Assembly: GCA_002269645.1 (NCBI GenBank)
Contig: NIVC01000751.1
Location: forward strand, 186,001 to 250,000
DNA: 64,000 nt
Source of the DNA: Macrostomum lignano
Lineage: Eukaryota
Direction of reading: 5' to 3'
The notes beneath the pieces are model-generated. The model searched no databases and was not told the origin of the DNA. It worked only from the letters and a program-made list of their open reading frames with translations. Positions 46,269-58,723 of this stretch are shown here, piece after piece (the first letter of the stretch is position 1; every line of letters starts with the position of its first letter). Both the position numbers and the translations under genes were made by a program.

Positions 46269-49200
46269 AAACTTACGTGTTGCACACGCCGACGTTTCTG
46301 TAGCTTTTTCCGCTTTTGAACCTGCTGTTGCTGCTGTTGTTGATAAGAGTTCAAGGATGTCTCATCAGCAGTCCCTGCCGAGACGTCAGCCCCGACGGTC
46401 CCAGCCGTGGCGGGCTGCTGCTGCGGGCTCCTCACCGCCCCGTAGACAGCATAGACGAGCAGCTGCGGGCTCAGCCGGATGCGCACGCTCGGCAAGCCGG
46501 CGCCACCGACGACCGACGACTTACCAAATGACGAGTTCGACTTTGATGACGTCACTAACAGCGGCTGCTGCCGATAGGTCCATCGAACCAGCCAAGCCAG
46601 TCGATCGGCTATGGCTTGCGGACAGGCGCCGTCAGGCACGGCAATCGATGGCACCTCTTTGCGTTGCAGTCGCTGGTGTTGCTGTTGGATCTGCTGCAAC
46701 TGTTGCAGCTGTTGCAGTTGCTGCAATTCGGAACTGCGAGGAGTTGACAGGCTGTTGCTGCGACCTCGGCCAGCCAGGTCCAGCTCCGGCTTTCTAAATC
46801 CGTAGCTAACCGGCTGCTGAGACGACTGTTGAGACGACTGCTCGTGCGATCGTTGAGATTCGTCGGCTGTGTTGAGACTGTCCTGACTGCCGGCTTTGTT
46901 CAGGCTGCCGTGGCTGGCCGAGCGGGGCATGGCGTGGCTCGACTGCTCCGTCTGAAGGTTGACGAAATGGCGATAGGTTTTGAAACAATCCCTGCATTGA
47001 TTCCCCATTGTGTCTCTAGAACTTTGGCAAAGATGTCAGTCGAAGGACTGAAACAGTCTTCTTTCAAAGCTGACACCGATCACTGGAAAAGCACATCCCC
47101 CGGAAGCAGACACTCCGGAAGCAGACCTTCTGGAAGCAGACCCTCTCAAGACAGACACTCTGGAAGCAGACCTTGTGGAAACGGACCCTCTGGAAGCAGA
47201 CACTCTGGAAGCAGACACTCTGGAAGCAGACACCCTGGAAGCAGACACCCTGGAAGCAGACACTTTGGTGGCAGATAATCAAAAAGAAGACCCTCTGGAA
47301 GCAGACCCTCCGGAAGCAGACAATATGGAATAGAAGATAGCAATAGAAGATAGACTCACAAAAATTGGCGGCTTCTGCTTGTCGCGATGCTGCAACGAAG
47401 CTCTCGGTTTCCTTGGCGACGGTGGATTGGGCTGATGGCCCTGGTAGCTGAAGCTGCGCTGAAATACCGGATGCTGCGGCTGGGGCTGTTGCGGCTTTTG
47501 AGTCTTTTGCTTTTGCCATTCCTCCAGCCAGACAGCCTCTGCAGTGTCCAGCAGCATCGGAGATCCTTGATCACCAGAGGCGTCTTCTGTTGCCATGGCA
47601 ACCGACAGGAAAGTGTCAACTAGATCTAGAAACGCCGGCTCCAATTCGTGCTGCCGACAGCCGATTGGCGGCAGGTCGAATGGCGGCGTCGGCCATTGAA
47701 ACAACTCGGCTGATGCCTTCTCTGTTACCATGGCAACCGACTCGTTGCTGTCAATCGCAGTCGGCGGCGGCGGTTGCTGACTTCGCCGAAGCCGGTAATA
47801 ATCAGCCAGAGTGTTGTTCGGCTGGGCGGCGTCAGCCGGCTCGTCAGAGTCGGAGTCGGGCGGGCCCAGCGGCAGCCGGGACCAGTCCTCGTCTACCAGG
47901 CGCTCCAGCCGCAGCTGAGCCACCCCGGCAAGGCTGTTGGACAGGCTTGCCAACAGATCGGCCAGTTGTCTGCGAGTGTTTCAAAATGCATTGGTGCGTA
48001 CTGATAGTAGTGTAGTTCGGTGGAGCAAAAATGAACAAAGCTTTTTTGAGCTCAGTGGTCTAGCGCGGCGTGTTTGATGTGCCAGCGACCCAGGCTCGAT
48101 TCCAGGTGCAGTCACATTAATTTTGGGGCTAAATTGGAATCTCGGCTTGGCTCTGCTCGTGCAATTACGGCCTTGAGGGCCAACCCCTAAGGCACAGTGA
48201 AGTGTACATGCCTAACGATAAATAAAGATAGGGCCGCTGTACACTCCTGTGTGAGTGTGTGCCTGTTCAGAAGTCGGCGGAATGGGCCGTAATGCCTCTC
48301 GCCGGTTGTGTTATAATGTCGTTCAAAGTGCACCAGGGTGCACAGTCCCTGGTCTCTTAATGAAAATTAAAAACGGCCCTTTTAGGGCAGATTTATGAGT
48401 GCATTCATACGTGTATGCAAGGAGACAATCCCAATTTTCCAAATTTCACTCGCTTGCTTTTAGAATTTAGATAATAAGTGTTTAAATTATATACATTTCG
48501 CACATCAAAATATTATCCGCGCTTAAGATGCATAAGACGACCCCTTTAAGACTTAACTTTCAGGAATACAAACTGAAAGTAATCATTTTCTTAGGTTATG
48601 TAGAGCCTGGATTTTTTGCAAACAAAAACAGTTTTTAAACAAACTTCAAAGCCAGAAAAATTTCCCATTTTGTAAACATTTTTAATTTTAACACGAGACG
48701 AATTGCATAAAACGGCCCTTTTAAGGGCACACGAATTCCGGCGTATCTTTCAGGACGCACATGTGGTCGTGACTTCAGCTACTATTGAATATTTTTGCAG
48801 TCATATAATCTTTCCTATATAAGCTCTCTATTTTATACGAAACTTCCTTTTACCAATATCCATGGATACAGTTACGGACTAGGGATTCCAAAATCCCGAC
48901 ATTTTACAATCCCGGGATTGAATAGTCCCGAAATCCCGATGCTGTTGAAATCCCGGGATTCAAAATCCCGGAATCCCGGTGCTTTTGCAATCCCGGGATT
49001 CGATTCCCAAAAAAATCCCGGGATTCAAATCCCGGATTTTTGGCCCCAATCCCGGGATCCCGGGATTGGAATCCCTATTACGGAGGCACCAATTAAAAAA
49101 CACTATCAAACTTAAATCTTATCAATTTTATTACCTATCCTGCGGTAAATCGGCCGCCAAGCCCAACAGCAGACAGTGCAGGCTGTGCCAGTCTGTGAAG

Positions 49201-50705
49201 AGTCCCCAGCGAGCCAGCGGCACCAAATGCAGAGTCCAGGCCAGACAATCGGCAGACTTGGCTGACCAGACTGCATCGACATCGGCAGCAATGTCACCTG
49301 TTGCCGGCTGCAGAGCCAAGGCGGAGCGCTCTCTGGCCAGCAGCGACAGTCGATCGCGGCAGTGCAAAGCCCACAGGCAGCTGGCCAGGTCGCGAACCGC
49401 CGACACGCAGCTGACGGTCGACGCTCCACCGTCAAGCCGTCCTGCCGCTGCGCCACCATCGTCTTCAGCATCCGTTGACCTCAGCACGGAGGCGAACAAA
49501 CCGGCACTCCGCTCCAGGTGTCTCCGCAGTTCAGGCTGGCCCAGATGTCGGCAGGCGGTGAGCAGGCTCCGGCAGTAGCGCCGGAACATGGGCGAAAGCG
49601 TGTTGGACGCGCGCAGGGACAACAGGAACAGGCGAACAATGCTCCAGATTCGCTGGCGTTGTCCAGCTTCTGGCGACTGGTCAGCCGCTCCAGCAGTTCC
49701 CGCAGGCTGCGGGCAGTAGGCTGGCGGAGCCGGCAGGTAAGTGCCAGTTGGCACCAGAGCTGGCATCAACGACATCACCGAATGCAACTCGCGAAGAAGC
49801 CGACGAAGGAACGGCTCCAGCAGGGGTGTCTCGGTGACGCAGCCAGCCAGAAAGCAGTCTGTCAGCGCCTGCAAAGCCTCTTTGTCTGGCGTTGCCGATC
49901 GAACTGAAATATCGAAGGAAATTCGCAACGGAACAGTTAAAACGGCCCTTTTACGGACAACATATGAAATTGAAGAGTTCTTTATGGACTAATATAAGCG
50001 CTTACCATCCTGAACCACTAGTCTGTCGAATAGCAGATCCAATTTATCGGTGAGAATTTGTTGAACAGATCTTGTGCTGGTCTCATTCGACACTCGAATT
50101 GAGCTGCAATTAGTGTTAATTAATTATGTTAATTATTTATGTACTTACAGGCACAAAGGAGATACTCCTTCGACTAACAGGTGATGTAATTAATGTAACA
50201 AGTATATAAAATCCTCCCATGTAACAAGTTTAATCTTACAGGCAAAGTACCCAATCTAACAGGTAAAATTCCAATCTAACAGGTAAAATCCCTAATATAA
50301 CAGGTAAAATCCCCAACCTAATAGGTAAAATCCCTAATCCACCAGGTGAAAAAGTTCAACATACCAGGCCAACGCGTCCCTCTGCTGCAATTCCACAGCC
50401 AGCGACCGGAGATAGGTGAGCACCAGTGCCGACTTCCAATCGGACAGCTGTCCGGTCACGTGAATAGCCTCGTCCAACAGTCCGGACACCAGGTGTAATT
50501 CTACGCATTTCTCGGCCGTCCAGCTGGCCTCAAGGCCGTCTCGGCGAATCAGTTCAATCACGGTGGAGTGCAGAAACGGCATCCGGTTCTTGTCTGCGTT
50601 GGCGGCGAGGATGCGGAGATGTGGTTTCAGTTAATTACTAGCTAGCTGACTGACTGACTAACTAACTAACTAACTAACTGATTAACTAACTAACTAACTA
50701 ACTAG

Positions 50706-50744
<39 letters not shown>

Positions 50745-50881
50745 GCTAACTAACTAACTAGCTAACTAACTAACTAACTAACTAACTGATTAACTAACTA
50801 ACTAACTAACTAGCTAACTAACTGACTGACTGACTAACTAACTAACTAACTAACTGATTAACTAACTAACTAACTAACTAG

Positions 50882-50936
<55 letters not shown>

Positions 50937-51022
50937 GCTAACTAACTAACTAACTAGCTAACTAACTAACTAACTAACAAACAAACAAACAAACAAACTA
51001 ACTGACTAACTAACTAACTGAT

Positions 51023-51088
<66 letters not shown>

Positions 51089-51136
51089 GCTAACTAACAA
51101 ACTAACAAACAAACAAACAAACAAACTAACTAACTG

Positions 51137-51183
<47 letters not shown>

Positions 51184-51236
51184 GATTAACTAACTAACTA
51201 ACTAACTAACTAACTGACTGACTAACTAACTAACTG

Positions 51237-51271
<35 letters not shown>

Positions 51272-51319
51272 GACTAACTAACTAACTGACTAACTAACTG
51301 ACTAACTAACTAACTGACT

Positions 51320-51372
<53 letters not shown>

Positions 51373-51392
51373 GACTGACTAACTAACTGACT

Positions 51393-51437
<45 letters not shown>

Positions 51438-51481
51438 GACTGACTGACTAACTAACTGACTAACTAACTAACTAACTGACT

Positions 51482-51518
<37 letters not shown>

Positions 51519-51566
51519 GACTGACTGACTAACTAACTAACTAACTAACTAACTGACTAAACTAAA

Positions 51567-51607
<41 letters not shown>

Positions 51608-51739
51608 GACTGACTAACTAACTGACTAACTAACTAACTAACTGACTAACTAACTAACTGACTAACTAACTAACTAACTAACAAACTAACTAACTAACTG
51701 ACTGACTGACTAACTAACTAACTAACTAACTAACTGACT

Positions 51740-51780
<41 letters not shown>

Positions 51781-51895
51781 GACTAACTAACTAACTAACT
51801 AACTAACTAGCTAACTAACTAACTAACTAGCTAACTAACTAACTAACTAACAAACAAACAAACAAACTAACTAACTGACTAACTAACTAACTGAT

Positions 51896-51944
<49 letters not shown>

Positions 51945-51947
51945 GAT

Positions 51948-52020
<73 letters not shown>

Positions 52021-52093
52021 GACTGACTAACTAACTAACTAACTAACTGATTAACTAACTAACTAACTAACTAGCTAACTAACTGACTGACTG

Positions 52094-52136
<43 letters not shown>

Positions 52137-52228
52137 GACTGACTAACTAACTAACTGACTAACTAACTAACTAACTAACTGACTAACTAACTAACTGACT
52201 AACTAACTGACTAACTAACTAACTGACT

Positions 52229-52293
<65 letters not shown>

Positions 52294-52417
52294 GACTAAC
52301 TAACTGACTAACTAACTAACTAACTGACTGACTAACTAACTGACTAACTAACTAACTAACTAACAAACTAACTAACTAACTGACTGACTGACTAACTAAC
52401 TAACTAACTAACTGACT

Positions 52418-52458
<41 letters not shown>

Positions 52459-52566
52459 GACTAACTAACTAACTAACTAACTAACTAGCTAACTAACTAA
52501 CTAACTAGCTAACTAACTAACTAACTAACAAACTAACTAACTAACTGACTAACTGACTAACTGACT

Positions 52567-52615
<49 letters not shown>

Positions 52616-52730
52616 GACTAACTAACTAACTAACTAACTAACTAGCTAACTAACTAACTAACTAGCTAACTAACTAACTAACTAACAAACAAACAAACAA
52701 ACTAACTAACTGACTAACTAACTAACTGAT

Positions 52731-52787
<57 letters not shown>

Positions 52788-52790
52788 GAT

Positions 52791-52851
<61 letters not shown>

Positions 52852-52920
52852 GACTGACTAACTAACTAACTAACTAACTGATTAACTAACTAACTAACTA
52901 ACTAGCTAACTAACTGACTG

Positions 52921-52951
<31 letters not shown>

Positions 52952-52972
52952 GACTGACTAACTAACTAACTG

Positions 52973-53011
<39 letters not shown>

Positions 53012-53059
53012 GACTAACTAACTAACTGACTAACTAACTGACTAACTAACTAACTGACT

Positions 53060-53112
<53 letters not shown>

Positions 53113-53160
53113 GACTGACTAACTAACTGACTAACTAACTAACTAACTGACTAAACTAAT

Positions 53161-53205
<45 letters not shown>

Positions 53206-53226
53206 GACTGACTGACTAACTAACTG

Positions 53227-53261
<35 letters not shown>

Positions 53262-53306
53262 GACTGACTAACTAACTGACTAACTAACTAACTAACTAAC
53301 TGACTG

Positions 53307-53341
<35 letters not shown>

Positions 53342-53345
53342 GACT

Positions 53346-53422
<77 letters not shown>

Positions 53423-53442
53423 GACTAAACTAACTAACTAAA

Positions 53443-53491
<49 letters not shown>

Positions 53492-56400
53492 GACTAACTA
53501 ACTAACTAACTGACTGACTAACTAACTGACTAACTAACTAACTAACTGACTGACTAACTAACTGACTAACTCACTAACTAAAGCTGTCAGCTCCCTAAAC
53601 GAAATAAAATCAATACAGATCTACCAACCGTTAAAGTCTGTCTCCAACGTTGGCGGCGGTAGAGGCGCAGGCACGTGAGGCGGATTAACATACAACGGAC
53701 AGTTGAGAAAGAAGGCGGCCATGAAGCGAGCCATGGACTGCACAGGAGTGGACCTGCGCCGCTGCAGCAGACTCAAACTTGGCTGACCCTCCGCAATACT
53801 TGACGACGAGAAGAATGGTTGCAGAAACAGAAACCGTTGCTGCTGCTGCTGCTGAAAGGAGCTGTTGGCAGTGTCCGAATCCTCTGAGCCCAAACCGGCC
53901 ACGTGGTGCACAAGATCTAAGGCGTAGCGAAAATCACCTCTGAGCATTGAGACGTAGAGTAGAGAGTGGAGTAGCTGAGCAGCTGGCTTAGAGTGCAGCT
54001 TGCAGTCTGAAAAACATTGGAGAGTGTACTCGTGTAAATCAGTAATCTGTTTGCTTTTTTGGATGGGTACAGAATTTTGATCCAGCCTCTTCAACAGGTA
54101 CATCTAATCTCTGTTCTCCTGACCTTTGGTCTGTGTTCTCCTGATCTTTGGTATCTGTTCTCCTGACCTTTGGTCTGTGCTCTCCTGACCTTTGGTCTGT
54201 GTTCTCCTGACCTTTGGTATCTGTTCTCCTGACCTTTGGTCTGTGCTCTCCTGACCTTTGGTCTGTGTTCTCCTGACCTTTGGTCTGTGTTCTCCTGACC
54301 TTTGGATTGTGTTCTCCTGACCTTTGGTCGGTGTTCTCCTGACCTTTGGTATCTGTTCTCCTGACCTTTGGTCTGTGCTCTCCTGACCTTTGGTCTGTGT
54401 TCTCCTGACCTTTGGTCTGTGTTCTCCTGACCTTTGGATTGTGTTCTCCTGACCTTTGGTCGGTGTTCTCCTGACCTTTGGTATCTGTTCTCCTGACCTT
54501 TGGTCTGTGCTCTCCTGACCTTTGGTCTGTGTTCTCCTGACCTTTGGTCTGTGTTCTCCTGACCTTTGGATTGTGTTCTCCTGACCTTTGGTCGGTGTTC
54601 TCCTGACCTTTGGTATCTGTTCTCCTGACCTTTGGCCTGTGCTCTCCTGACCTTTGGCCTGTGTTCTCCTGACCTTTGGTCTGTGTTCTCCTGACCTTTG
54701 GTCTGTGTTCTCCTGACCTTTGGTCTGTGTTCTCCTGACCTTTTGGTCTGTGCTCTCCTGACCTTTGGTCTGTGTTCTCCTGACCTTTGGCCTGTGTTCT
54801 CCTGACCTATGGCCTGTGTTCTCCTGACCTTTGGTCTGTGTTCTCCTGACCTTTGGTCGGTGTTCTCCTGACCTTTGGTATCTGTTCTCCTGACCTTTGG
54901 CCTGTGCTCTCCTGACCTTTGGCCTGTGTTCTCCTGACCTTTGGTCTGTGTTCTCCTGACCTTTGATCTGTGTTCTCCTGACCTTTGGTCTGTGTTCTCC
55001 TGACCTTTGGTCTGTGTTCTCCTGACCTTTGGTCTGTGTTCTCCTGACCTTTGGATTGTGTTCTCCTGACCTTTGGCCTGTGTTCTCCTGACCTTTGGAT
55101 TGTGTTCTCCTGACCTTTGGATTGTGTTCTCCTGACCTTTGGTCTGTGTTCTCCTGACCTTTGGTCTGTGTTCTCCTGACCTTTGGATTGTGTTCTACTG
55201 ACCTTTGGTCGGTGTTCTCCTGACCTTTGGTCTGTGTTCTCCTGACCTTTGGTCTGTGTTCTCCTGATCTTTGGTCTGTGTTCTCCTGACCTTTGGTCTG
55301 TGTTCTCCTGACCTTTGGCCTGTGCTCTCCTGGCCTTTGGCCTGTGTTTTCCTGACCTTTGGTCTGTGTTCTCCTGACCTTTGGTCTGTGTTCTCCTGAC
55401 CTTTGGTCTGTGTTCTCCCTGACCTCAGTCTCTATCCTCCATGACCTCAGTCTCTATCCTCCGTGACCTCAGTCTCTATCCTTCATGACCTCAGTCTCTA
55501 TCCTCCATGACTTCAGTCTCTATCCTCTATAACCTCAGTCTATATCCTACAAGCCTCAAACCTCACCCTAAAACCGGCACGCTAGCATCATCAAACTACC
55601 AAAACTCACTTCTCGTTGCCAGTTCAGTCAGCTGCCGACGCCACTCCACCATGGCTTCCTCGTCGCGCCCCTCAAGCAGATGCCGCTCCCCTCGGCCAAT
55701 GATTTGTCCTTCGTGCTCAGGCAGATAGGAACAGCTGGCCTGTATAGCGGCCTGTATTGAGCACAAACTACTCTCAACGTCTTCATCAATCAGGCCTGTA
55801 GATTGATAGATTTTAGAGAAAAACTCGTGCAAAGTCAATCGACTAGCTAGCAGCATCTCGTCGGCTGAGCCAATCGCATTGGAAGCAGCGCTGGGGCCGC
55901 CGCCTAGCTGACGGCACAGCCTGGCTGGCAGCCAAGTGTTGGCAGCTGGCAGGTCGTGAAACGACCGAACTGGCGGCTTGGACCAGGCGTAGGTTTCAGC
56001 CAGAGACTGGGCCGCTCTTTGGACAAAGCTGAACGCTACAGCGCCGCCGTGCAGCACTGGAATGTAGTCTCGCAGGTGTTGGCTAGCAACCAGGTAAGAG
56101 GTGAACTCGGCATAGAATTTAGTCAACGGCTGGCACAGACTGAAAGTGCTCGAGTCAAATTGAGCAATTTCTAGCACAGTACCAGTCAGACTGTGCAGCT
56201 GTTCGAGCACGAATGCTAGGAAATCTTCCTGCGACAGTTCGTCCGCTTCCTCCAATGTCAGCACTAAATTGCTGGCCATGTGAAAGAAGCCCTCGAGTAC
56301 CAATTCAGCCAGACGCTGCTTGTGCCGCACCGGTTTACCCCGCTCCGTGACTAACAGTCCCCAGGCTGACGTCAAGTAGAAAAGCGCCTCGCGAAAGTAC

Positions 56401-58672
56401 GTTCCAGGATCGGTTTCGTCGCCGAATAAACTGTGCAAACCGCTGTCGCTGTGCTGCTGCACCGCTGTCGGGGGCAGCGGCGGCGGTAAAGGCGTTTGAA
56501 GCTGCGTCTGCTTCGACTGCTGCTTTGGTACCGATGAAGCGGCTGAAAAATTAGGTTGTGCAAGAGTCACAGATTGAATTTTATAAATGATCCATAAATG
56601 AATTTTGATGATTTATACTCGTCAGATTGAAAGCATATCGATTTTTAACGCCTTTCAAAAAATCTGAAATATTCAACTTCAATCAGGATGTTGATACTTC
56701 GAGGAGGATGTGACACGTGGTGGCATTTGTGATTTGTGTGACACAGGATGTGGCATTTTAATGAGGATGTGACACTTCAATGAGGATGTGACACTTCAAT
56801 GAGGATGTGATACTTCAATAAGGATGTGAAACTACAATGAGGATGTGACACTTTGATGAGGATGTGACACTTTGATGAGGATGTGACACTTTGATGAGGA
56901 TGTGACACTTTGATGAGGATGTGACACTTCAATGAGGATGTGACACTTTGATGAGGATGTGACACTTCAATGAGGATGTGACACTTCAATGAGGATGTGA
57001 CACTTCAATGAGGATGTGACACTTCAATGAGGATGTGACACTTCAATGAGGATGTGACACTTCAATGAGGATGTGACACTTCAATGAGGATGTGACACTT
57101 CAATGAGGATGTGACACTTCAATGAGGATGTGACACTTCAATGAGGATGTGACACTTCAATGAGGATGTGACACTTCAATGAGGATGTGACATTTCAATG
57201 AGGATGTGACATTTCAATGAGGATGTTTACACACAGAGTCTGGTACAAGTATCACTCGCTCTCTCACCTGTCTCGGAGCCCCGCCTATTGGCAGCACTGG
57301 CAGCACCGGGATCGTCTGAATCGTCTTCCTCTTCGTCGTCTTCGTCCTCAGACGAAGATCCCAAATTTCTACTGCGATAGTCGTAATAGTAGCTTCCCGT
57401 ACCGTCCTCCGCTGTGTCTGCGTCTTCTTCATCTTCTTGATGCTGCAGCTGAGGCTGCTGCTGCTGCTGCTGCGGCTGCGGCTGCGGTTGATTTGTCAAA
57501 GCCGGAGGAGGCCTCGGTGACGGCAGTGCAGACGCTGGCAGCCGTGGAGTAGCCGCCGCCGAACCAGCCCGAGAATTGTAGAGCGATCCGCCGCCGCCGC
57601 CGATGCTGCCGAAGCTGATTCGATACATCTCGCTGGCTCCCATCCTGTTTCTTGGCGTGTCGCCCGATTCCTCGTCAGCAACGCCGCGATTGTTAAACTC
57701 TCTCTCCTCATCATCGCGGTCATCAACTCTGAGCTCAGCGTCGAATCCGCTGCCGAAGCTCTCCCGGTGCCATTCTCGAACGCGGCTCATTTGATCTCGC
57801 GAGAATCGCTGACAGGCGTGCAGGCGCGGGGTGAGCACTCCGGCGGGGTCCAGCTGCAGCTGGGACAGCACCTGCTGAGCGTGCGCCACCTGTTGGCGAA
57901 CCACTCCGCTGAGTCCGGCGCCAGACGAAGGGAAACGAAGCAGGGAGACCGAGTAGCCGTCGGTCATGGCGAACAGAGGATGGCGAGGATGAGCGGACAC
58001 TGAGTAGCGTTGGACGCCGTGACGGCCTGGCGAGCTGCGGCGTTGGGGGGGGAAGCGCTGTTTTTAGATTGAGCTGTTAGCCTTTGCGGGTGAAGGAGCG
58101 AATGGCAACAGATGCAGGGAGGGAGAGTGGAAGGGTGAGATACAGAGAGACTAGAGAGAGATAGAAGAAGGGTCTGAGATCCAGAGAGAGTGAAAGGGTA
58201 GAGATTCAGGGATGGTGGAAAGTCAGAGATGCAGGGAGAGAGAGAGTCGAAGGGTCTGAGATTAAGAGAGAGTGGAAGGGTCAGAGATGCAGGGAGAGAG
58301 AGTGGAAGGGTGAGATACAGAGAGACTAGAGAGAGATAGAAGAAGGGTCTGAGATCCAGAGAGAGTGAAAGGGTTAGAGATTCAGGGATGGTGGAAAGTC
58401 AGAGATGCAGGTAGAGAGAGAGTCGAAGGGTCTGAGATGCAGGGAGGGAGAGTGGAAGGGTGAGATACAGAGAGACTAGAGAGAGATAGAAGAAGGGTCT
58501 GAGATCCAGAGAGAGTGAAAGGGTTAGAGATTCAGGGATGGTGGAAAGTCAGAGATGCAGGGAGAGAGAGAGTCGAAGGGTCTGAGATTAAGAGAGAGTG
58601 GAAGGGTCAGAGATGAAGGGAGAGATAGTGGTAGGGTCCGAGATGCAGGAAGAGAGTAGAAGGGTCTGAGAT

Positions 58673-58723
<51 letters not shown>

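Noticed and set aside
48795-49578. ORFs 48795-49115 and 48979-49578
   Set aside because: They run through the hAT MITE and antisense to exon 11; no transposase motifs.
50635-53580. (CTAA)n as interstitial telomere
   Set aside because: The unit is TTAG, not TTAGGG or TTAGG, and it is wholly intronic.
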